The notes under the pieces were generated by a model. That model did not search any database. It was not told the origin of the DNA and was given only the letters and a program-made list of their open reading frames with translations. The translations under genes were made by a program, and so were the position numbers. 64,000 bases of DNA from a virus: positions 64,001-128,000 of the IMG/VR virus record IMGVR_UViG_3300037294_000405; one strand, written 5' to 3'. Shown one piece after another: positions 52,183-60,766 of this stretch (its first letter is position 1; the number at the start of each line of letters is the position of its first letter).

Positions 52183-53385
52183 ATGGGATTTAATAACACT
52201 GCAACAACACTTACGCTAACGGCTAAGTTAACTCCACTTGGTAGACAAAAAATTGTATCTACCAATAATGCATTAATCAAAACTTTTAGTCTTGGTGACT
52301 CAGATGCTAATTACCACACTAACTTAACACTAGGTACTGGTCAAATACCTGGAATTGGTGGTGATATTGGTACTAACTCTACAATTAGTAATAGTACAAC
52401 ACAGTCTATTGGTATGAAAACTATGCTTATAGTAAACTCTAGTGGTGTGTTAACCAAACCTGTTTCTTCTCAATCAATTAATGTTTTGTCCGAAATAATA
52501 CCTAATGGTGTGGTTACGGTTAATGCTGCTAATATATCACAATCTTTAGTTAATAGAAACGACATAACTACTGATAACTTGGTTAATTTATTTTATTCAT
52601 TTGGTTTACCTTTAAACACTAATGATGACACAAAATATACTGGTATTACTTACACGAATGGTGGTTACTCCGATACTGCTTTAAGTGCTTTTAGTGCAAC
52701 AAAAATACTTGTAATTGCGATAAATAATAATAACTACGGTGAGTGTATTGATGGTAAAACATTTAAACTTGAACTACCAACATCTGCTGGGACGTATACT
52801 ATTTATTCTACTTATTTAGGTGGGAACAATACATTGGTAACATTAGATAATCTTATTTCAGATAACGCATTGCAAACTAATCAATTTGGTAATAATGTGG
52901 CTGCTTTGGTTTCTGATGATATCATGAAACCAAATGGCGGTGATGCGGCTAAAAGTTGGGCTACGGGTTATAATACTGAAAAACCGTTCTCGTTAAACCA
53001 AAAACAAACATACAATTTTCAAACAAATTCTAATTTAGGTGTTACGGCTGACACATTGGTTGGTATGGTTTATTTAGATAAAGGGTTTGCTGTCATTACT
53101 GACCAAACAATAGTAAATAATTTCAATCAATCTGCTTCAACAGCAACGACAGTAATGTTTAATAGTGTTTCAACAAATGTATATCAAAGTATAACATGTA
53201 TTGCTGATAGAGGTGAGTTCGGTTCAACAACAAACCCTACTTTTGATATTGGAGATATCCCTAGAATTAGTGAAGTTGGTTTATTTGATGATGCTGGTAA
53301 TTTAATTGCTGTCGCTAAAACAGACCGTCACATAATAAAAAACGTTAACGAATTTTTGGCTTTGGGAATAAAAATAACTCTTTAA
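52183..53385 (+). CDS. Baseplate/tail-fibre attachment protein, paralogue of the preceding gene
   Basis: Start at ATG 52183; KLTPLGRQK...LGDSDANY and ISEVGLFD...LIAVAK. Confidence 0.6.
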   Translation: MGFNNTATTLTLTAKLTPLGRQKIVSTNNALIKTFSLGDSDANYHTNLTLGTGQIPGIGGDIGTNSTISNSTTQSIGMKTMLIVNSSGVLTKPVSSQSINVLSEIIPNGVVTVNAANISQSLVNRNDITTDNLVNLFYSFGLPLNTNDDTKYTGITYTNGGYSDTALSAFSATKILVIAINNNNYGECIDGKTFKLELPTSAGTYTIYSTYLGGNNTLVTLDNLISDNALQTNQFGNNVAALVSDDIMKPNGGDAAKSWATGYNTEKPFSLNQKQTYNFQTNSNLGVTADTLVGMVYLDKGFAVITDQTIVNNFNQSASTATTVMFNSVSTNVYQSITCIADRGEFGSTTNPTFDIGDIPRISEVGLFDDAGNLIAVAKTDRHIIKNVNEFLALGIKITL

Positions 53386-53430
53386 GGTTTATTTTTTTTG
53401 TTTATAGGTTAAATTAATGTAAAAAGTGTT

Positions 53431-53493
53431 ATGATTAAAGAACCAGAATTTTTATTGGCGTTAGATGTATCAACATCAAAATTATTTAATTAA
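53431..53493 (+). pseudogene. Orphaned 5' end of ruvC
   Basis: MIKEPEFLLALDVSTSKLFN*; 13 of 14 residues match KEPEFLLSLDVSTS of the intact gene. Confidence 0.85.
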
Positions 53494-53552
53494 AGTGTCA
53501 TTAAAATACAACTTTTTATTTTATCGTGATATTTATAATAAACAAAAATATT

Positions 53553-53702
53553 ATGGCAAGACCAAAATTAAAAGAAGAAGATAAAAAAATTAGACTAGGT
53601 GTAACAATATCTAGAGAACTATATAAAAAAATTGATTCGGAAACAAACAATAAATCTGAATTTATTGAGAAACTATTAACTAAATATTTTTATGAAAAGT
53701 AA
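53553..53702 (+). CDS. Small ribbon-helix-helix-like DNA-binding protein (absent from ORF track)
   Basis: MARPKLKEEDKKIRLGVTISRELYKKIDSETNNKSEFIEKLLTKYFYEK, 49 aa; TATTTATA at 53530; overlaps the endonuclease start. Confidence 0.7.
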   Translation: MARPKLKEEDKKIRLGVTISRELYKKIDSETNNKSEFIEKLLTKYFYEK

Positions 53703-54441
53703 TGGTATTTATAGGATAGTTAATAATATAAACGGTAAAGTTTATATTGGAAGTACTGGAAGCAAAGGTGGTTTTAAAAAAAGATGGTCATATCATTTAA
53801 CTGATTTGAAACAAAATAAACACCATTCCAGACATTTACAAAGAGCTTGGAATAAATATGGTGAAAATTCATTTGTATTTGGAATAATAGAAATAATTGA
53901 AAATTTTACTAAAGAAACGTTATTAATTAGAGAACAATATTATTTAGATTTATATAAATCATATGATGTTAATTTAGGTTATAATATATGTAAGAATGCT
54001 GGTAGTTCTTTAGGTGTTAAAAAAACACCAGAACAAATAAAACAAATGTCTGAGTTAAGAAAAGGAAAACCAATACCATGGTTGAATAATGGTCAACCAA
54101 GAAGTAAAGAGCATATAGAAAATTTAAAAAATGCCTGTATTGGTAAAATATCTGAGAAATTAGATAAGACATATGAAGAAATTTACGGTGAGGAAAAAGC
54201 TATAAAATTAAAGAAAAAATTAAGTGAATCACATATTGGGGTTAATACTGGTGAAAAACACCCGAAAGCAAAATTAGTACAACAATTTGATATGGATAAT
54301 AATTTAATTAACGAATTCAGTTGTTCAATTACAGCTAGCGAAGTATTAAATATACCAGCAAAAAGTATAAGAATGTGTTGTGGTGGGTTTGCAAAAACAG
54401 CATATGGTTTTAAATGGAAATATAAAAATTATGAAAAATAA
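53692..54441 (+). CDS. GIY-YIG homing endonuclease, I-TevI-like catalytic domain with NUMOD tail
   Basis: GIYRI...YIGST...R...H..HLQRAWNKYG...REQYYL...GYN; C-terminal TAYGFKWKY. Confidence 0.9.
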   Translation: MKSNGIYRIVNNINGKVYIGSTGSKGGFKKRWSYHLTDLKQNKHHSRHLQRAWNKYGENSFVFGIIEIIENFTKETLLIREQYYLDLYKSYDVNLGYNICKNAGSSLGVKKTPEQIKQMSELRKGKPIPWLNNGQPRSKEHIENLKNACIGKISEKLDKTYEEIYGEEKAIKLKKKLSESHIGVNTGEKHPKAKLVQQFDMDNNLINEFSCSITASEVLNIPAKSIRMCCGGFAKTAYGFKWKYKNYEK

Positions 54442-55093
54442 AATAGAAAAAGAACCAGAATTTCTTTTAAGTCTGGATGTATCAACTTCAACCATTGGTA
54501 TTGCATTATTTGAAGATATGGGTAACAAGGGTGAATTAAAACTTTTACACCATGTATCACCAAAAGTTAAACCAAAACCAGAAACAAAAACGGAAGAATT
54601 GTTTAGGAAAATTGAAATATTTGAAAATGAATTTCTTTCACACTATAGTGATTTTGGTATTACTAGGGTTGTTATCGAAGAACCACTACTTCAGTCAAAC
54701 AATGTTTACACGATTGCCACCTTATTAAGGTTTAATGGTATGATTTCAAAATCTATTTACGATACTTTAGGTATTGTACCAGAGTTCATCTCTTCTTATG
54801 ATGCACGTAAATACGCATTTCCAGAGCTTATGGACGTTAGAAAAGCAAAAAAGGATGGAACACCTTTAGCTGATAAACAAATAGCTAAAAACGCTCCTGT
54901 GTTGTTTGGGGGTTATCCATTTAATGTTGACAAGAAAATGGTGATTTTCGAAAATGTATGTGATTTAGAACCGCAAATAAAATGGATGTTAGATAAAAAA
55001 AATAAACTAAAAAAAGAAAATTTCGACATGAGTGATGCCTATGCTTGTGGGTTAGCTTGGTTTAACCTTAGAAAGATAAAAAGAGATAATTAA
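54431..55093 (+). CDS. ruvC: RuvC-like Holliday junction resolvase
   Basis: LSLDVSTSTIG, VVIEEP, FDMSDAY; start placed at ATG 54431. Confidence 0.8.
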   Translation: MKNKIEKEPEFLLSLDVSTSTIGIALFEDMGNKGELKLLHHVSPKVKPKPETKTEELFRKIEIFENEFLSHYSDFGITRVVIEEPLLQSNNVYTIATLLRFNGMISKSIYDTLGIVPEFISSYDARKYAFPELMDVRKAKKDGTPLADKQIAKNAPVLFGGYPFNVDKKMVIFENVCDLEPQIKWMLDKKNKLKKENFDMSDAYACGLAWFNLRKIKRDN

Positions 55094-55107
55094 TTATCTC
55101 TTTTTAT
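55076..55107. terminator. Perfect 32-bp palindrome at convergent ruvC/HNH stops, probable bidirectional terminator
   Basis: ATAAAAAGAGATAATTAATTATCTCTTTTTAT. Confidence 0.7.
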
Positions 55108-55836
55108 TACTCTATTTATATAACCACATAATGGTTTAAGGTTAGTATAGTGGTTAAGTTTAATTAATTCGTCTTCACACATTGCTTTTGATTGTGGTAT
55201 GATATGGTCAATATCCCAACCATAATTTTTTGTCCCATTATATATTCCTCTATTATCCCAAGTCATCCATGATTCCCAAAGTGATTCAATATGTTGTTTA
55301 AAATATTCATAAGAACATCCTAATATTTCATGTGACCTAGATTTTTTAGTAAACCCATTCTTTTTTAATGCGCTGTTAATCATTCGATTCATATAACATC
55401 TTAAATTAAAAACTGGGTCGATTTTTTTTCTTTCTTTTGTTTTTTCATTTCGAATCTGTTTATATTGTTCGTTATACTCTTTGTAGTATTCTGGATTTTT
55501 ATTATTCCATTCTTTTTTATAATTCGGGTTATTAATAACCCATTCTTTTTGCTTTTCTTTTATGTTAAGAATATTTTCCTCTCTATATTTTTTTGATGTC
55601 TCTTTTATATTTTCTATGTTATTATAATAATAACTTTTACTTTTTTGTTTAATTATTTCGCTGTTATCCTTATAATATTCTTTAATTGTTTCGCTGTTAT
55701 CCTTATAATATTCTTTAGAATAATTCGAATTACATATTTTACATATTGTTCTTAATCCATCTTTAGTAATTTTATGTTTACCAAATTCTGTTATTGGTTT
55801 TAATACTTCACATTTTTTACATTTTTTAATTTCCAT
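55090..55836 (-). CDS. HNH homing endonuclease with N-terminal zinc finger
   Basis: CKKC...CKIC, K/E/Y-rich linker, WDIDHIIP...NHYTNLKPL...N. Confidence 0.85.
   Translation of the reverse strand: MEIKKCKKCEVLKPITEFGKHKITKDGLRTICKICNSNYSKEYYKDNSETIKEYYKDNSEIIKQKSKSYYYNNIENIKETSKKYREENILNIKEKQKEWVINNPNYKKEWNNKNPEYYKEYNEQYKQIRNEKTKERKKIDPVFNLRCYMNRMINSALKKNGFTKKSRSHEILGCSYEYFKQHIESLWESWMTWDNRGIYNGTKNYGWDIDHIIPQSKAMCEDELIKLNHYTNLKPLCGYINRVIKRDN
55648..55717. repeat. 33-bp tandem duplication in the HNH linker
   Basis: Encodes KEYYKDNSE(T/I)I twice; one mismatch. Confidence 0.8.
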
Positions 55837-55900
55837 AATCTTGTTTTATTATAAATATATTGAAATTACAAAAAAACATATTTTTTTAAGTTTGTGATAC

Positions 55901-56074
55901 AAGAAATATGTTTTATGGGAAAAAGTTGCTGAATTAGAACCACAAGTTACTTGGTTTTATGATAAAAACAACAAATTAAAAAAGGAAACATTCGATACAT
56001 CTGACGCATACGTTTGTGCTATAGGTTATATGAATAAAATAGGTCTTTGGCCTAGGCAACCAAATCAATTCTAA
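55901..56074 (+). pseudogene. Orphaned 3' end of ruvC
   Basis: KKYVLWEKVAELEPQVTWFYDKNNKLKKETFDTSDAYVCAIGYMNKIGLWPRQPNQF*; 25 of the first 39 residues match the intact gene; no start codon at its 5' edge. Confidence 0.88.
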
Positions 56075-56079
56075 AATTA

Positions 56080-56111
56080 TTTGGAAAAACAGTTTTAATT
56101 TCGTACCTTTG
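56080..56111 (+). promoter_or_regulatory. Bacteroidota-type promoter, probable leaderless primase mRNA
   Basis: TTTG(56080-56083)-N20-TACCTTTG(56104-56111); ATG at 56116. Confidence 0.75.
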
Positions 56112-56115
56112 TCGA

Positions 56116-57072
56116 ATGGCAATGTTATTAGTTAACATATTAGAAAGTTTTTTAGGTGAAACTAGAAAACATAATGAAGACACTGGGCAAATCGCATTTG
56201 ATTGTCCAGCATGTTCTGCTGAAAAAGGTTTAATAGATGGTGATGGTAAAGGTAATCTAGAGATTAACTATCAAATGAACAAGTTTAAATGTTGGTCATG
56301 TCATGAAATTAACCATATGCGTGGCCCAGTTTTAAAACTTTTAAAAAAATACGCAACACCTAAAAATATTCGAGATTATTTATTGGTAAAACCAGATGCT
56401 GAATTTATTACCAATATAGAACGTGAACGAGTATTATTAACCCTACCAGAAGGGTATAAACGACTGTCTGATTGCACAGAAAAAGACTACAAAGCAAATT
56501 TAGCGTTAAATTATTTAAAAACCAGAGGTATTACAGATGATATCATAGATGAATACGATATTGGTTATACTTATCGTGGTAAATTCTTCAATAGGATAAT
56601 TATTCCGTCTTACGATTCGGAAGGTGAATTAAATTATTTTATCGCTAGATGGTTTGATAAAGAATACACAAAATTAAAGTATCTAAATCCAGACGCTGAA
56701 AAACAAGAAATCATATTTAACGAAGGGCGATTGAACTTAGATGCAACAATTTATTTAGTTGAGGGCGCAACTGACCACATAGTAACACCAAATTCTATTC
56801 CATTACTAGGTAAATTCCTTTCAAATAATCTTTTAGAGTTATTGCATGATAAGTCAGCTGGTTTTGTTGTGATTGTTTTAGATGATGATGCGTGGGAAGA
56901 TGCTAAAATTTTGTATCAACAACTAAATTTTGGTAACTTAAGAGGTAGAATAAAATTAGTTAGACCACCAGAGGGTTATGACCCATCTAAGATTTATGAA
57001 AATTTAGGTAATAAGGGTATGACTAAACTTCTTATGGGTGCTTTTAAACCAGAGGATAAAGATGTATATTAA
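56116..57072 (+). CDS. DNA primase (DnaG/gp61-like)
   Basis: CPAC...CWSC zinc finger, YLKTRGI, RIIIP, KYLNP, EGATD, DDDA Toprim. Confidence 0.9.
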   Translation: MAMLLVNILESFLGETRKHNEDTGQIAFDCPACSAEKGLIDGDGKGNLEINYQMNKFKCWSCHEINHMRGPVLKLLKKYATPKNIRDYLLVKPDAEFITNIERERVLLTLPEGYKRLSDCTEKDYKANLALNYLKTRGITDDIIDEYDIGYTYRGKFFNRIIIPSYDSEGELNYFIARWFDKEYTKLKYLNPDAEKQEIIFNEGRLNLDATIYLVEGATDHIVTPNSIPLLGKFLSNNLLELLHDKSAGFVVIVLDDDAWEDAKILYQQLNFGNLRGRIKLVRPPEGYDPSKIYENLGNKGMTKLLMGAFKPEDKDVY

Positions 57073-57455
57073 ATTGAGACAAAACCAGTATCCGTAGTGG
57101 TTGCAAAACCATTAGAGACTAAACTACCCCATACATTTTCTGCATCTGGTGATAAATAATCATCAGAATATAATTTTTTATCTTCTTTGGCGAGTGTTCT
57201 AATAATGTATTTATACATACCTTTACCCAAGCCTTGGTTTCTAAATTTATCATAAAGAACCACCCCAAATATTTTATAACCGTCTTCAAATGGTTTAAGT
57301 CTAAAACCACCCATTCTTTCGTTTTCGTAAAAAGGTATAAAAACTAACAAATTATTCACTATTTGTCTTTTTATTTTTATCTTAGATGTATCAATTTTTT
57401 CGTTTTCAGATTCTAATATTGCTTTTCTAAACTGTTCTTTAATAAAATCTTTCAT
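57069..57455 (-). CDS. GNAT-fold acetyltransferase-like protein
   Basis: Motif A FRNQGLGKGMY; SPDAENVW; own TATTTATA motif at 57469-57476. Confidence 0.7.
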   Translation of the reverse strand: MKDFIKEQFRKAILESENEKIDTSKIKIKRQIVNNLLVFIPFYENERMGGFRLKPFEDGYKIFGVVLYDKFRNQGLGKGMYKYIIRTLAKEDKKLYSDDYLSPDAENVWGSLVSNGFATTTDTGFVSI

Positions 57456-57477
57456 GGTATTCTTTTAATATAAATAC

Positions 57478-57508
57478 TTGCAATATAGAATAAAATTTCG
57501 TACCTTTG
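57478..57508 (+). promoter_or_regulatory. Bacteroidota-type promoter
   Basis: TTG(57478)-N20-TACCTTTG(57501-57508). Confidence 0.75.
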
Positions 57509-57522
57509 TAATAAAAGTAAAT

Positions 57523-58305
57523 ATGAGTAAAGCTAAATTATGGGAAGGTCCAGTATTTCTAGAACCAATAGAACATAAATACCATCACAGGGTAACTGGT
57601 AAGACTTATAAGTCAGTTACGACAACCCTTTCATCGATTGAACCTCACTTTGATTCAGAGGCGGTTTCAGCTGCTATCGTAAACCAATTAGATAACGTTA
57701 AACAAGAACGTTATATCGGTTTAACACAACAACAAATACTTGATTTTTGGCAAATGCTTAATGATGAAGCGAATGTATATGGTACTAAGGTCCATGACAT
57801 CGTTGAGCGTTATTTATTAGCTAACAAATGGTATTTTCCAACAGATGATGAAGAAGGTGAGTTTGAACAATGCGTTATAGATGGTTTTAATGCGTTAAAA
57901 ATTGATGAGGGTGTGGCAATGTGGCCAGAACGTATATTGTTTTCTGAACAATACGAGTTAGCTGGTATGTCTGACCTTATTATAGATATTGATGAAAAAT
58001 ACTTTGATGTGTGGGATTGGAAAACAAATAGAGAGTTTAACTTCTTTAACCAATACGGTAATGAAACGTTGTTTAAACCTTTTGACCACTTACAAGCGTG
58101 TCAATGGTCAATTTATACGCTTCAGTTAAGTGTTTATACATATATGTATGAATTAGAGTTTACTGGGCGTAAATGTAGACAAATATGTATTGGGTATTGG
58201 GATAAAGAGAAAAAAACTTTTGAAAAAATTCAAATTATGTATTTGAAACATGAAGCTAAAAAGCTTATTGAGATGCATCACTATAACTTAATGAAAAACT
58301 TATAA
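57523..58305 (+). CDS. PD-(D/E)XK exonuclease
   Basis: SVTT, GTKVH, E...LAGMSD...DWKT, QLSVY; start moved to ATG 57523 downstream of the promoter. Confidence 0.8.
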   Translation: MSKAKLWEGPVFLEPIEHKYHHRVTGKTYKSVTTTLSSIEPHFDSEAVSAAIVNQLDNVKQERYIGLTQQQILDFWQMLNDEANVYGTKVHDIVERYLLANKWYFPTDDEEGEFEQCVIDGFNALKIDEGVAMWPERILFSEQYELAGMSDLIIDIDEKYFDVWDWKTNREFNFFNQYGNETLFKPFDHLQACQWSIYTLQLSVYTYMYELEFTGRKCRQICIGYWDKEKKTFEKIQIMYLKHEAKKLIEMHHYNLMKNL

Positions 58306-58306
58306 T

Positions 58307-59689
58307 ATGATATTAGAGGAAAATTTTTTGAAACTACCAAAAATAGTTGACGGATTGACGGTTAAAAAAACCACAATTATACAAAAACCTAATATTGACA
58401 CGTTAACTAAAGAACAATTAGAAATATTTAACGAGATAACTAAAATTTCAACTAATGTGTTTTCACAATCTTTATTGACGGGTTATTCTGGTACTGGAAA
58501 ATCTTTTTTGGTGTCTAAGATAATTGAAGAATTGTTATTTATGAAAAAATCGATTAGGATAGCGATAACTGCACCTACAAATAAAGCTGTTAGAGTGTTA
58601 AAAAATCTATCGATGATTAGTGATGATAATGTTAGGGTTGATTTTATTACGTTACATTCATTATTAGGTCTTAAACGTAATATAACGCATGAGGGTAAGG
58701 AAGAATATAAACAATTATTTAATGGTGGCAACTTGGATGAATATAGTGTTGTTTTAGTTGATGAGGTTTCTATGTTAGATAATGAACTTTACGGGGTCTT
58801 AAAATCTCAAGCAGAAATAAATAAAATAATGCTTTTGTTTATTGGAGATAGAGGTCAAATACCACCAGTTAATGGTGGTGAATCAATTTTGTTTAATAGT
58901 TTGTTAGATAATAATTACAATTTAACTGAAATTATTCGTCAATCTAATGGAAACCCAATAATTAAATTGGCTCAAACTATTAGACAAAACGAAAAGTTTG
59001 AAAAAGAAACTATAATAGATGAAAAGAACAATGGGGTTGCGTATTTGAAAATAAACACTGAACAATTATTGTTAGATACATATTTTAATTCTGAACATTT
59101 TAGAAAAAACGCTAATTTTGTTAAAGTATTAGCGTGGACCAATAGTGCTGTTAATTATTATAATTCTAAAATCAGAACATTAATTTATGGTGAAAATTGC
59201 GGTAAATTATGTGTTGGTGAAAAAATGGTTTGTAATAAACCTATCACCAACAGTAAAAACCAAGTAATATTAAATAATAACGATGAATTTGAGGTCATAT
59301 CTTTTGTTATGAAAAAAGAAACTAGAAGTTATGATTTTTCATATTATGAAGTGACTATTAATTGTGATGGGAATATCCTCAAGATTAAATTATTGGCCGA
59401 AAAATCTGAAACCGCTTTTTCTAAACAAGTTAATGTTTTAAAAAAAGCCGCTGAAAACGCCAAAGTTATGGGTAGAAGAAGCGCTTGGACAAAATACTAT
59501 AGATTTTTAGAAAGATATGCTGATGTTAAATACAACTACGCTTTAACTGTTCATAAATCACAAGGTAGTACGTTTGATAATGTTATAGTCATTAATGTAG
59601 ATATAAATAGGGTTTTAAACCAAATCGAACGAAATAAATTGTTATATACAGCTATAACTAGAGCTAAGAATAGGTTATTTGTTATTTAA
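58307..59689 (+). CDS. dda: SF1 DNA helicase, Dda/RecD-like
   Basis: GYSGTGKS, APTNKA, DEVSM, GDRGQIPPV, IIRQ, TVHKSQGST, YTAITRA. Confidence 0.88.
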   Translation: MILEENFLKLPKIVDGLTVKKTTIIQKPNIDTLTKEQLEIFNEITKISTNVFSQSLLTGYSGTGKSFLVSKIIEELLFMKKSIRIAITAPTNKAVRVLKNLSMISDDNVRVDFITLHSLLGLKRNITHEGKEEYKQLFNGGNLDEYSVVLVDEVSMLDNELYGVLKSQAEINKIMLLFIGDRGQIPPVNGGESILFNSLLDNNYNLTEIIRQSNGNPIIKLAQTIRQNEKFEKETIIDEKNNGVAYLKINTEQLLLDTYFNSEHFRKNANFVKVLAWTNSAVNYYNSKIRTLIYGENCGKLCVGEKMVCNKPITNSKNQVILNNNDEFEVISFVMKKETRSYDFSYYEVTINCDGNILKIKLLAEKSETAFSKQVNVLKKAAENAKVMGRRSAWTKYYRFLERYADVKYNYALTVHKSQGSTFDNVIVINVDINRVLNQIERNKLLYTAITRAKNRLFVI

Positions 59690-59714
59690 TACATTAAAAA
59701 ATAAAAAAAAATAT

Positions 59715-60536
59715 ATGGAGAATAAAATAAAAAAATGTGTTCATCTTGCGGATATTCATATTAGGACGTTTAGATTACACGATGAATATAAAGATTCTTT
59801 TAACACTCTTTTAAAAGAGTTAGGTGAATTGTTGGAAGGATATAAAAGAGAAGAAATTAGAATAGTAATCGCTGGTGACCTTGTTCACCAAAAAATTGTT
59901 ATTTCTAACGAACAATTGATGTTAGGTACTTGGTTTTTGAGAGAATTAGAAAAAATAGGGCCAGTTGTTATTATTGCTGGTAACCACGATTTATTAGAAA
60001 ATAATAAAGACCGAATGGATAGTATTAGCCCGATGGTTCAATTTTTACCAGACCAAAACATAAACTATTTTAAAGAATCTAAATGTTATTTAGATGGTGA
60101 TGTTGTATGGTGCGTGTATTCAATTTTTGAAGAAAATACAAGACCAGATATTGAATCAGCTAGATTACAGTTTGGTGATGATAAAACATATATTGGTTTA
60201 TTTCATGCTCCAGTATTAAACGCTAAAACAGATATTGGTTATGAAATTGACCATGGTGCTGGGTTAGAAATATTCGAAGGTTGTGATATTGTAATGTTAG
60301 GTGATATACATAAAAGACAAGTGTTCAACCACAAAGGTATATTAATAGCTTACCCATCATCGTTGATACAACAAAATTTTGGTGAAAACATAACAAAACA
60401 TGGGTTTTTATTGTGGGATATTCCAACTAAAACATATACAGAACACGATGTTGAAAATAAGTTTCCTTATTATCAATTTAAAATTAAATCGATTGAGGAT
60501 ATTGAAAACGGTACAGAAAAAATAACAAATTTATGA
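59715..60536 (+). CDS. sbcD: SbcD/Mre11/gp47-like metallophosphoesterase nuclease
   Basis: ADIH, AGD, GNHD, FH, GDIHK; start at ATG 59715. Confidence 0.88.
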   Translation: MENKIKKCVHLADIHIRTFRLHDEYKDSFNTLLKELGELLEGYKREEIRIVIAGDLVHQKIVISNEQLMLGTWFLRELEKIGPVVIIAGNHDLLENNKDRMDSISPMVQFLPDQNINYFKESKCYLDGDVVWCVYSIFEENTRPDIESARLQFGDDKTYIGLFHAPVLNAKTDIGYEIDHGAGLEIFEGCDIVMLGDIHKRQVFNHKGILIAYPSSLIQQNFGENITKHGFLLWDIPTKTYTEHDVENKFPYYQFKIKSIEDIENGTEKITNL

Positions 60537-60766
60537 TGCTAAAAGAGTTAAAAACGTTCATCAATAGTATACCAGAAAATATGGATGAATTTGAGATGGT
60601 TAATGGTGAATTTGGTTTGGGTTCTGATGGTAACACGTTTGTAATGACAAACAATTCAATTATGACAATCTATGTAGATGAAAATAACGGTGAAATTCAA
60701 TTCCTACATCAAACAGATAAAGATGTAAAAAACATATTACTAGATGGAGATTCCGAAAAAAATTAA
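60533..60766 (+). CDS. Hypothetical protein
   Basis: 77 aa, ATGA overlap with sbcD. Confidence 0.6.
   Translation: MMLKELKTFINSIPENMDEFEMVNGEFGLGSDGNTFVMTNNSIMTIYVDENNGEIQFLHQTDKDVKNILLDGDSEKN

Larger units (their letters stand above)
53480..54491 (+). mobile_element. RHH + GIY-YIG cassette carrying a replacement ruvC 5' end
   Basis: Bounded by the two diverged copies of the ruvC N-terminal coding sequence. Confidence 0.75.
54938..55906. mobile_element. HNH cassette carrying a replacement ruvC 3' end
   Basis: ACAAGAAA repeated at 54930-54937 and 55899-55906, each followed by a version of the RuvC C-terminus. Confidence 0.75.

Noticed and set aside
54380-54430. ORF-track starts at 54380, 17055, 27082, 52159, 57478 and 59679
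   Set aside because: Non-ATG starts overlapping promoters, hairpins or upstream genes; downstream ATGs with A-rich leaders fit better
53480-55906. Group I introns explaining the endonuclease insertions in ruvC and gp25
   Set aside because: Little non-coding space for a ribozyme core, the HNH gene is antisense, and an intact reading frame exists without splicing
54431-58305. RuvC or PD-(D/E)XK genes as Cas12/TnpB or Cas4 of a CRISPR system
   Set aside because: Sizes and context fit a stand-alone resolvase and a phage exonuclease; no array or guide-like RNA seen
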